56,316 nt of DNA from Thermoanaerobaculia bacterium (GTDB lineage Bacteria; Acidobacteriota; Thermoanaerobaculia; UBA5066), in NCBI GenBank assembly GCA_041495865.1, contig JBGQDL010000003.1, positions 1 through 56,316 on the forward strand. Reading direction: 5' to 3'. Both the position numbers and the translations under genes were made by a program. Of the stretch, positions 18,181 to 26,351 are shown piece after piece; position 1 is the stretch's first letter, and every line of letters starts with the position of its first letter. The notes beneath the pieces were generated by a model. The model searched no databases and was not told where the DNA came from. It saw nothing but the letters and a program-made list of their open reading frames with translations.

Positions 18181-18903
18181 TCACGTACCCATCGCACGTT
18201 CTTCCCACTTCGGGACGTTCACGCCCTTCACGAGGAGCCACAAACAGAATGACAATTCGCCGATAAATGCAGGGATCAGTATGGCGGGGAACATCGCATG
18301 CGCGACTGTGGGAGCGAGGAGCAGCGCGAAGCTATTCGTTAGGTAGCACACGCCGGCAATTTGCATCAGGACTCCGATTGCCCTTGGCAGATAGCCCGAT
18401 CTCCGAATCAAATACCCGAACACGAGGATCGCGCAGCCGAAGAAGATGAGACCAATGCCGAAGCCGTATCCATCCGCCTTGATGAACAGGTACATGAGCG
18501 CGTGGAGCTGACGTGGATCAAATGCCTTAAGGTAGTCCGCGCTCCCCAAGAGAAACAACGCCGCCAGAAGATTCACCTTGAAGGCTACCAACGCAGCGGT
18601 CTGTACCAGGTTGAACAGCACCCCAAGCAACGCAAGCGTCTCTTGGACCGGCCTGAGCAAGATGTAGAAGATCAGCATCAGAGGGACGTCGCACACGTGC
18701 ATGATCAAGTCGCCCGCAACGCCCATGCGCCACAGCAACTGAGACGGCATGATATTCGCGGCGGTGCCTGTCGCGTCGCCCGACACGACGAGCTTGTCTC
18801 TGACGAACATCTCACCGAAAAGTCCCGTAACGATGATCATCAGATACAGCAACCCGCCGATCCGTGCGAGCGTCTGTGGCGATACTTCGGTCTGCTTTGC
18901 CAT
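18181..18903 (-). CDS. DUF4386-type membrane protein
   Basis: LARIGGLLYL, DATGTAANI, SGYLPRAIG, GELSFCLWLLVKGV; SD ggag; visibly lower GC than flanks. Confidence 0.8.
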   Translation of the reverse strand: MAKQTEVSPQTLARIGGLLYLMIIVTGLFGEMFVRDKLVVSGDATGTAANIMPSQLLWRMGVAGDLIMHVCDVPLMLIFYILLRPVQETLALLGVLFNLVQTAALVAFKVNLLAALFLLGSADYLKAFDPRQLHALMYLFIKADGYGFGIGLIFFGCAILVFGYLIRRSGYLPRAIGVLMQIAGVCYLTNSFALLLAPTVAHAMFPAILIPAFIGELSFCLWLLVKGVNVPKWEERAMGT

Positions 18904-19345
18904 CTCTGCTCCCTTCTCCCCGTGACATCTTAGGACCAGCTCGGCTTCACTTCGCGTAGCCCGTCGCCCTCCCACGTCAGCAGCCGGGCCACCTCGACGT
19001 CCGAGCTCTAGCCCAGGCTTGAACCATCGGCTCGATTCCCCGAGTGGATGGCTCAAAGCGGTGGTTCGGGACTACCGGGCGCTGGAGACCGGACGGCGCC
19101 GGGCGAACCGTCTCGGGCTAACTGTCGCGGGTGAGGACTCTACGGCTCCGTCCGGAGCGGCTGCTTTCGGTGCTGGTTCGACGAACAACCTGAAGAGCCG
19201 TCACGAAGGTAAGCCAACCGATCAGGGGGGTCGCGGCGTGTGCTCTGAGCCAGCGAACGATGACGTAACCGGTGCTCTGCGCGTCAACGGGCATCGCAAT
19301 TCCCATTGCGGCCCTACAGATTCGGCTATCGCGGGTCGAGTTTCC

Positions 19346-20752
19346 CTACTCCCCGTCCAGCCCGAGCGCTTTCATCTTGCGGTGGAGGGTGGTGCGGTCG
19401 AGGCCCAGGCGCTCGGCCGCGCGCGAGACGTTGCCCTTCGTGTCCGCGAGGACACGCGAGAGGTAGCGTTTCTCGAACGCCTCGCGCGCCTCGGCGAGCG
19501 TCGCGAACGCCGAAGCCTCGTCCGAAACCGTGTGGGACGGGGCGCGCGCCGCGGCCGGGGCGTCCTCCGGCGGGAGATCGGCTGCGCGCACGACGGGGCC
19601 GGGCGTCATCAGGAGAACGCGTTCGACGAGGTTCTGCAACTCGCGCACGTTGCCGGGCCAGCGCCTCTTCGCGAGGACCTCGAGCGCCTCCTTCTCGAGC
19701 GACTTGGGGCGCCGCCCGCGCCGGCGCGCGAGGCTCTCGGCGAAGTGGGCGACGAGGAGGGGCACGTCCTCCGGCCGTTCGGACAGGGGTGGCACGTGCA
19801 GCGGGACGACGGCGAGTCGGAAGTAGAGATCCTCGCGAAATGTTCCGGCGCGGATCATCGCGGGCAGGTCGCGGTTCGTGGCGGCGACGATGCGCACGTC
19901 GGTCGCGAACGCCTTGGCGCCGCCGACGCGCGTGATGCGCCCGTCCTGAATGGCGCGCAGGATCTTGGACTGCGTGCGCGGCGACATGTCGCCGATCTCG
20001 TCGAGGAACAGCGTGCCCGAGTCGGCCTGTTCCCACTTGCCCTTGCGGTCCTCGACGGCGCCCGTGAACGAGCCCTTCATGTGCCCAAAGAGCTCGCTCT
20101 CGATGAGCTCTTCCGGAATCGCCGCCCCGTTGACCTCGACGAACGGCCCCTGAGAGCGCGGCGAGGCGCGGTGCAGCGCGCGCGCGACCAGCTCCTTGCC
20201 CACGCCGCTTTCGCCCGTGATGAGGACGCGCGCCTCCGAGGCTCCGGCGCGCCGGATCTCGTCGAGAAGGCGCGTCATCGCCGGGCCGGTGCCAAGGAGG
20301 GTCTCTCGCGCCGCGTCCTCGCCCGTGCGGCTCATGAGCTCGCGCCTCAGGTCGTCGCGCTCGCGCGCGAGGCGGCGCCGCTCGAGCGCCTTGTCGAGCG
20401 TCAGGAGAACGCGCTCGAGCGACAGGGGCTTCTCGAGGAAGTCGTCCGCACCGCGCTTGACGGCCTGGACCGCCGTCTCAACGGTGCCGTGCCCCGAGAT
20501 CATGACGACGGGCGTCTCCAGGCCCGCGGCGCGCAGCCGGTCGAGCACCAGGAGGCCGTCGAGGTCCGGCAGCCAGACGTCGAGAAAGATCGCCTCGGGC
20601 CGCTGCCCCTCCTCGTCGAGGGCGCGCGCGAGCGCCTCCTGGCCGAGGCCGACGGCGTCGACGGTGTAACCCTCGTCACCGAGGATCTGCGAGAGCGTCT
20701 TGCGAATGCCCGGCTCGTCGTCGCAGATGAGGACGCGCGGCCCGTCGGTCAT
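19346..20752 (-). CDS. ntrX: Sigma-54-dependent response regulator, NtrX-like (REC-AAA+-HTH)
   Basis: LICDDE, LDVWLP, GESGVGKELVA, ESELFGH.KGSFTGA, LFLDEIGDM, WPGNVREL, Fis-type HTH. Confidence 0.85.
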   Translation of the reverse strand: MTDGPRVLICDDEPGIRKTLSQILGDEGYTVDAVGLGQEALARALDEEGQRPEAIFLDVWLPDLDGLLVLDRLRAAGLETPVVMISGHGTVETAVQAVKRGADDFLEKPLSLERVLLTLDKALERRRLARERDDLRRELMSRTGEDAARETLLGTGPAMTRLLDEIRRAGASEARVLITGESGVGKELVARALHRASPRSQGPFVEVNGAAIPEELIESELFGHMKGSFTGAVEDRKGKWEQADSGTLFLDEIGDMSPRTQSKILRAIQDGRITRVGGAKAFATDVRIVAATNRDLPAMIRAGTFREDLYFRLAVVPLHVPPLSERPEDVPLLVAHFAESLARRRGRRPKSLEKEALEVLAKRRWPGNVRELQNLVERVLLMTPGPVVRAADLPPEDAPAAARAPSHTVSDEASAFATLAEAREAFEKRYLSRVLADTKGNVSRAAERLGLDRTTLHRKMKALGLDGE

Positions 20753-20776
20753 GCGGCTCTCATGCACATGCGGCGC

Positions 20777-22927
20777 TCATGCGGCCGGCCATTCGAGGAG
20801 GAAGCGGCATCCGTGCGGGACATTGTCCTCCACCCGCACGCGCCCCGCGTGCTCGGCGGCGATGCGCGCGACGATCGCGAGGCCGAGACCCGAGCCCCGC
20901 GCCTTCGTCGAGTAGGCGGGGTCGAACACGCGCTCGCGTTCCGCCTCGGGAATGCCCGGTCCGTCGTCCTCGACGGCGATCCTCGCGCGCCCGTCCGCCA
21001 CGTGCGCCGCGATCCGCACGCGGCCGCCGCCGGGAGTCGCCGCGACGGCGTTGTCCACGAGATTGATGAGGGCCCTCTTCACCTGCTCGGCGTCCGCGTT
21101 GACGAGCGGAAGGGCCTCGGGAACCTCGGCTGACACCGTCACGCCGCGCTTCACGTCCGCATACAGCTTCGTCACCTGCTGGACGACCGCGCCGAGGTCC
21201 GTCGGGACGAGGTCCGCGGCCGGCAGGCGGGCGAAGCGCCCGAACGTGTCGACGAGCGAGGCGAGCGTCGTGACCTCCTCGATGATCGTGGAGGAGCCCT
21301 CGCGCACGACCTCGGCGAGACTGCCGGGATCGGCGTCTTTGCCCAGGGCGCGCCGCCGCATGCGCTCGGCCGCGAGGCGGATCGGCGTGAGCGGGTTCTT
21401 GATCTCGTGCGCCATGCGGCGCGCCGCTTCCTCCCATGCCGTGGCGCGCTCGGCCGCGACGAGGGCGGTCGTGTCCTCGAGCGTCACGACCCAGGCTCCC
21501 ACGTCCGCTGGGCCGGCGGGGATCCGCGTCACGCGGGCCTCGAGCACGCGGAGGCCGATCTTCAGCGTCGCCTCGCGCGGGGCGGCCGGTGTACGCGCGC
21601 GGGCGAGGAACTCGGCCAGCGGCGCGAGGGCCGGAGGCGCGAGGAGGTCCTGCGCGCAAGGGAAGTGCGCGTCTCCCTCGCGCCCGAGCAGGCGGCGCGC
21701 CGTCTCGTTGAGGAAGAGCAGCGTGTCGTCGTCGCCGAACGCGACGACGCCCGCGTCGAGCCGCGCGAGGATCGTGCGCACGCGGCGGCGCTCCTCGTCG
21801 ACGCGCTGGTTCGTGGCGGCCATTTCGGCGTTCGCCTCGACGAGCTCGGCCCGGCTCTTGCGCAGCTCGGACGTCATGGCGTTGAACGCGCGCGAAAGCG
21901 CCGCGATCTCGTCGCCGCCCTCGACCTCGACCAGCGCGTCGAAGTCGCCCGCCCCGACGCGCCGCGCCGAGGAGGCGAGCGCCGCGATGGGGCGCGTCAC
22001 GCGCCGCGCGAAAAGGAGCCCGACCCACACGGCCGCCAGGAGGACGAGCAGGGCGAGAAGGAGGAAGAAGAGCACCTGCACGGCTTCGAGCTGGGCGCGC
22101 TCGGCCTTCAGCATCGCGTAGGCCGACGTTGCGAGGGAGAGCTGGCGCAGCGGCTCGGCCTCGGCGGGCGGGTCGAACGTGCCGACGACGAGAAAGCCGG
22201 CGGGGGTGGAGACGACCGTGCGGCCGGCCTGCCCGCCGTCGCGCGTGGGCACGAGACGCCGCGAAAGGCCGCGCGCCTTCGCGTCCTCCAGCCATTCGGC
22301 GCCGGGCTCGTTCACGTCGCGCAGCGGCCATCGCGCGGCGCTGACCGCCACGGGGGGCAGGAGAGGGCGTCTCCACTCGATGAGGTCCACTCCCGATTCC
22401 TCGCGCGCCGCCGACAGGAGGGGAAGGAGGCCGCTGTCGAGGGCCGCGGCGAGCCGGGGGCCGAGGCGCTCGGCGGTGCGGCGCTCGAGCGCCGCGGCAC
22501 GCGAGCGGACGAGGTCCGCGACCTCCCGCCCGGCGCGCACGGTCTCCTCGACGGGCGGCGCGAACCAGCGTTCGACGCTCTTCTGCAGGAGGCCGGTCGT
22601 GGGGAGAACCAGGAGCGTGATCGGGAGAAGGGCGAGGCCCACGTACGACGCGACGACGCGGACGCGGAAGCGGGAGCCGAAGACGCCGCGGCGCGCCTCG
22701 AGGACGAGCTTCGCCGTGCTCCTGACGAGCACGAAGACGAGCGCGAGGATGAGGACGACGACGATGTAGAACAGGACGAACAGAAGAACGCGGTTCGTCG
22801 CGGCGACGGGCGTGAGGTCTCGCGTGCGCAGGACGAGCGCGTAGCCGCCCGCGAGCGCCGCGCCGAGGGCGAGAGCGATCGCGACGAGAATCCGGTTGTC
22901 CCGCGCCCAGCGGCGTCCCGGCGCCAC
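20777..22927 (-). CDS. ntrY: Membrane sensor histidine kinase, NtrY-like (HAMP-PAS-HisKA-HATPase)
   Basis: GSRFRVRVV, SVERWF, WEEAARRMAHEIKNPLTPIRL, NLVDNA, DDGPGI, GSGLGL; start GTG 22927 or CTG 22948. Confidence 0.85.
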   Translation of the reverse strand: MAPGRRWARDNRILVAIALALGAALAGGYALVLRTRDLTPVAATNRVLLFVLFYIVVVLILALVFVLVRSTAKLVLEARRGVFGSRFRVRVVASYVGLALLPITLLVLPTTGLLQKSVERWFAPPVEETVRAGREVADLVRSRAAALERRTAERLGPRLAAALDSGLLPLLSAAREESGVDLIEWRRPLLPPVAVSAARWPLRDVNEPGAEWLEDAKARGLSRRLVPTRDGGQAGRTVVSTPAGFLVVGTFDPPAEAEPLRQLSLATSAYAMLKAERAQLEAVQVLFFLLLALLVLLAAVWVGLLFARRVTRPIAALASSARRVGAGDFDALVEVEGGDEIAALSRAFNAMTSELRKSRAELVEANAEMAATNQRVDEERRRVRTILARLDAGVVAFGDDDTLLFLNETARRLLGREGDAHFPCAQDLLAPPALAPLAEFLARARTPAAPREATLKIGLRVLEARVTRIPAGPADVGAWVVTLEDTTALVAAERATAWEEAARRMAHEIKNPLTPIRLAAERMRRRALGKDADPGSLAEVVREGSSTIIEEVTTLASLVDTFGRFARLPAADLVPTDLGAVVQQVTKLYADVKRGVTVSAEVPEALPLVNADAEQVKRALINLVDNAVAATPGGGRVRIAAHVADGRARIAVEDDGPGIPEAERERVFDPAYSTKARGSGLGLAIVARIAAEHAGRVRVEDNVPHGCRFLLEWPAA

Positions 22928-22944
22928 GGGCGGAGACGAGTCGT

Positions 22945-23514
22945 TCAGCGCGCGCCGCTCGCCGTCCACTCGAAGATCCCCGACCGCACCCAGGCGGTCT
23001 CGGCGCTCGTCGGGACCACCCCGAGGGCCACGCCGCTTCCGTAGAGGCAGCGCACGCGGACCAGGAGCCTCTTGCCGATCAAGTGGTCCCCCATGGTGAA
23101 CGACGGCAGTGCCGGCACCTGCGCGAGTGCGGCGGCGGCCTCGTCGCGCGTCGGCACGACCTTCGTGTCGAGCAGGCGCGCGTCGAGGCGGCGCTCGACC
23201 GCGTAGTCGGACGTCACGGGCCGGTAGGTGGCGGTCACCGCGTAGCGCCTTTCGTCCTTGAGGCCGTCGAACCAGAGATTGCGGAACACGAAGAGGCGCA
23301 GCTCCCACGCGACGGTCGTGGGAAGCCCCGAGGCGAGGCGCTGCAGGACGTCTTCGGGCAGGGCGGGCGACAGGCGCGTCTTGACGCAAAGGTCGCGCCC
23401 GGCGACCCAGGTCGACACGCCCCGAATTTCCGGTCCGTCGCTTTCGACGAAGCCTCGGGCCGCGGTCGCTCCGGCGAGAAGGACGGCCGCGAGGAGGAGG
23501 ACGTGCTTGAGCAC
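22945..23514 (-). CDS. DUF4390-like exported protein
   Basis: Signal peptide, LASGLPTT, RNLWFD, ATYRPVTSDY; the usual position upstream of ntrY-like kinases. Confidence 0.72.
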   Translation of the reverse strand: MLKHVLLLAAVLLAGATAARGFVESDGPEIRGVSTWVAGRDLCVKTRLSPALPEDVLQRLASGLPTTVAWELRLFVFRNLWFDGLKDERRYAVTATYRPVTSDYAVERRLDARLLDTKVVPTRDEAAAALAQVPALPSFTMGDHLIGKRLLVRVRCLYGSGVALGVVPTSAETAWVRSGIFEWTASGAR

Positions 23515-23539
23515 CCCCCGACTTTAGCGGGTTGGCGGA
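23511..23539. repeat. 29-bp direct repeat, copy A (contains -10 hexamer and GTG start on the minus strand)
   Basis: gcaccccccgactttagcgggttggcgga matches 25221-25249 at 27 of 29 positions. Confidence 0.85.
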
Positions 23540-25224
23540 AGGAGCTCCACGAGGCGGCGGTGAATCTCCGAGGCCTCGAGCCGATGGCCCTCCGCGTTCG
23601 GATGAACGGAGTCCTGGAAAAGCGCGCCTCTGGCGTCGCGAAACGGGCCGCTCTCGTGCAGGTCGAGAAAGGGGATCCCGCGCTTTTCGAGGAAGATCCG
23701 CGCCGCGCGCACGAGATTTCCGTAAAGCGCGGGATCCGCCCGCACACCGATTTTCCGGAAGGCTTCGAGGGCCTGCCGCTCCGCCTCGGGGGGCGTCGCG
23801 CGGCTCTCCACCCACGGCTGGAAAACGACGAGAAACCGCGCGCTCCGGGATGCGGCCGCGCGCGAGAGGCGTTCGAGGTTCTCCGCGTACGCCGACGTGA
23901 TCCGCTTCACGAGCTCGTCGAAGGGAACGTCGTTTCCTCCCGTTCGGCTCTCGGGAACGCCGGCGAGGGTGTAGAGGCGCAGCCGTTCCTCCACGAGGTG
24001 GAAGACGTCCCAGTTGTGGCCGAACGAGAGACCCGCCACCGGGAATCGCGTCGCGGCGAGGAGGGGGACGTAGAGGTCGTTCCAACCGTCGAGGGCGACC
24101 ACGGCGGCCGGCGCCACGGTGTCGCCCCGGTGAACGAATTCCGCCAGCTCCTGGCCCGAGAGATATCCCACGACGGCCGCATTGACGACCTGCCATCGGG
24201 GCTCGAGCGCGGCCAGACGTGCCGTGAAAACGTCGGCGTCGGAGGCGAGTCCGAAGCCGAAGGCCGCCGAACCTCCGACGCAGAGCACGCGCGGCCGCGG
24301 ATCCGTCTCGTCGAAGCCCCCGCGGAACCCGTGTCGGTCGATGCGGAAACGCCTCGTCTCCTGGCCCGGGGCGTTCCGGTAGAGAGAATAGGGGTCGAGG
24401 GCGAGCCGGAGGCTTCCGTCCTTTTCCGAGAGCCTGTGCCCGAGATGATCCACGAAGACGAGCGAGTACTCGCCGCTGTCCGTGAACACGGGATCGGCGT
24501 GCCGCTTCAGGATCGCGCGGCCCGCGAGCCAGGCGAGAACGGCGCACAGGGCCGTCGTCCCCCCGAGGAGAAGCCACGCCCCGCGGGGGGAGCGCGCGGA
24601 CGCAGCGGCGGCCGCCGGGCCTTCCTTCGCCGCCCCCGGGCCGCGGCGCAGCACGAACACGGCTGCCGCGTGAAGGAGGCCCGCGAGGAATCCTCCGGCG
24701 AGGGCCGCGAGCAGGTGGACGCGTCGCCTCTCGTCGCTTCGCAGCGGCCGGATGTCGTCGACCTGAAAGCCGCCTGACGCCGCGGCGACGTGGAAACGCA
24801 GCGCGTCCGGGTCGCGCCGAAACCCGTCGAGGCCCTCCGCGGCGTGCCATCCGCCGAACCCGTGCGTCGCATCCCACGTGTGAAGCGTTGCGACGCCCGT
24901 CTCGAGCGCGATCGTTCGGACGGCGACGTTCATGCCGGCGGCGTCGGACGGCCGGATCTGAAGCGAGTCCACCTCGACGGGGATCTCCACGAGAACGGTA
25001 TTCCGCCCGGGTGCGACGCGGAAGCCGACCGAGTCGCCGGGGTGGAACGACCGGATCCCGGCAGTCCACCAGATCTCCCCGGTCTCTGTCCGGGCCAGGT
25101 CCGACTCGAGGTCGAGACGCAGGATGAGAACGCCGCGTTGCTGAAGGACGAGGTAGAAGAGCGCCGTGCAGAGCGCCCCCGCCCAGAGGAAGACGGCGAA
25201 AGCGAAGAGCGGGGTGCGGCGCAC
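23524..25224 (-). CDS. Membrane-anchored SGNH/GDSL hydrolase-family protein
   Basis: GFRG, CVGGSAAFG (block I), VVNAAVVGY, DGWND, DSVHPN (block V); three N-terminal TM segments. Confidence 0.8.
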   Translation of the reverse strand: MRRTPLFAFAVFLWAGALCTALFYLVLQQRGVLILRLDLESDLARTETGEIWWTAGIRSFHPGDSVGFRVAPGRNTVLVEIPVEVDSLQIRPSDAAGMNVAVRTIALETGVATLHTWDATHGFGGWHAAEGLDGFRRDPDALRFHVAAASGGFQVDDIRPLRSDERRRVHLLAALAGGFLAGLLHAAAVFVLRRGPGAAKEGPAAAAASARSPRGAWLLLGGTTALCAVLAWLAGRAILKRHADPVFTDSGEYSLVFVDHLGHRLSEKDGSLRLALDPYSLYRNAPGQETRRFRIDRHGFRGGFDETDPRPRVLCVGGSAAFGFGLASDADVFTARLAALEPRWQVVNAAVVGYLSGQELAEFVHRGDTVAPAAVVALDGWNDLYVPLLAATRFPVAGLSFGHNWDVFHLVEERLRLYTLAGVPESRTGGNDVPFDELVKRITSAYAENLERLSRAAASRSARFLVVFQPWVESRATPPEAERQALEAFRKIGVRADPALYGNLVRAARIFLEKRGIPFLDLHESGPFRDARGALFQDSVHPNAEGHRLEASEIHRRLVELLPPTR

Positions 25225-25249
25225 CCCCCGACTCTAGCGGTTTGGCGGA
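25221..25249. repeat. 29-bp direct repeat, copy B
   Basis: gcaccccccgactctagcggtttggcgga. Confidence 0.85.
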
Positions 25250-25256
25250 CTTGCGG

Positions 25257-26156
25257 TCAGGCCCTGGCGCCCGAGACGGCGGGGCGCGCCCCCGGCGCGA
25301 GCCAAGGCGAGTCGCAAGGCGCGAACGCGGCGAGGCTCTCCTCGCGCAGGAGTCGCGCGAGAGCCGCGTGCATCGCGTGGCCGGCCTTGTGGGCGACGAC
25401 GTGACCGAGCACGGGCCGTCCGACGAGGGCGAGGTCGCCGAGGAGGTCGAGCGCCTTGTGGCGCACGAACTCGTCCGCGAAGCGCAGGTCGCCGTTCTCG
25501 ACGCGGTCGTCGCCCACGACGATGCAGTTGTCCTCCCGGGCGCCGCGGGCGAGGCCGTGGGCCTTGAGCGTCTCGTACTCGGCGAGGAACCCGAACGTGC
25601 GGGCCGGCGCGAGGTGCGCGGCATACGACTCGGGCGTGAGCACCACGGTGATCGACTGCCGTCCGACAGCGGGGTTCGGGAAGTCGATCGAGTAGGTCAC
25701 GCGCAGGTCGTGCGCGGGGCGAATCTCCAGCTTCTTGCCATCCGGACCGTGAAGGGCGTGAACGCGCGACGGAGCGAACGGCACGGCGTACGCGCTCTGA
25801 GCGGCGAGGCCCGCGGTTTCGAAGGCGTCGAGCCAGGGCAGAGCGCTGCCGTCCAGGATGGGCACTTCGGGACCGTCGAGCTCCACGAGGACGTTGTCGA
25901 GGCCCGCGCCCACGGCCGCGGACAGGAGATGCTCCACTGTGCTCACGTCGCGGCCGCGCTCGCCGAGCGAGGTCGCGTGATCGAAGCGCCCGGCCTCCTC
26001 GGCGACGGCCGGGACGAACGCGTCGACGTCGGACCTGTAGAAGACGATCCCCTGGCCCGCGCCAAACGGGTGCAGGGCCACGCGGACGTGGCGGCCCGTG
26101 TGCAGCCCGATACCGGACAGCCCGACGCGACGGGCTACTGTGTTCTGCGCGCGCAT
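25257..26156 (-). CDS. lpxC: UDP-3-O-acyl-N-acetylglucosamine deacetylase
   Basis: GIGLHTG, STVEHLLSA, EVPILDGSA, APARTFGF, EFVRHKALDLLGDL, KAGHAMH. Confidence 0.96.
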   Translation of the reverse strand: MRAQNTVARRVGLSGIGLHTGRHVRVALHPFGAGQGIVFYRSDVDAFVPAVAEEAGRFDHATSLGERGRDVSTVEHLLSAAVGAGLDNVLVELDGPEVPILDGSALPWLDAFETAGLAAQSAYAVPFAPSRVHALHGPDGKKLEIRPAHDLRVTYSIDFPNPAVGRQSITVVLTPESYAAHLAPARTFGFLAEYETLKAHGLARGAREDNCIVVGDDRVENGDLRFADEFVRHKALDLLGDLALVGRPVLGHVVAHKAGHAMHAALARLLREESLAAFAPCDSPWLAPGARPAVSGARA

Positions 26157-26170
26157 TCGACCGGCGAAGT

Positions 26171-26185
26171 GCACGCTGGATGCCA
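26171..26185 (-). promoter_or_regulatory. Candidate sigma-54 -24/-12 promoter of lpxC
   Basis: Minus strand TGGCATCCAGCGTGC (GG-N10-GC), 14 nt upstream of the ATG. Confidence 0.45.
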
Positions 26186-26247
26186 CGGCGCAAGCCCCCT
26201 TTTCCCTGCGTTTTAGCGGAATTCTGCCCTCGGGTGGAGATCCTGCG

Positions 26248-26285
26248 TGTGGCAAACGCCCCACACCTGCGGCTTTTCGGCCACA
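26248..26285. promoter_or_regulatory. Tandem palindromic operator/enhancer pair TGYGG-N8-CCACA
   Basis: tgtggcaaacgccccaca (26248-26265) and tgcggcttttcggccaca (26268-26285), 20-bp period. Confidence 0.55.
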
Positions 26286-26351
26286 CAACCCCGTCCTGCC
26301 CCGTTTCGTCCGGAATCGCGGCTGCTATCCTCTTCCAACCCGGAGGCTGTC

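Noticed and set aside
22949-25624. 1615-aa giant kinase ORF
   Set aside because: The N-terminal ~890 aa are Arg/Pro-rich off-frame read-through over the DUF4390, SGNH and lpxC genes.
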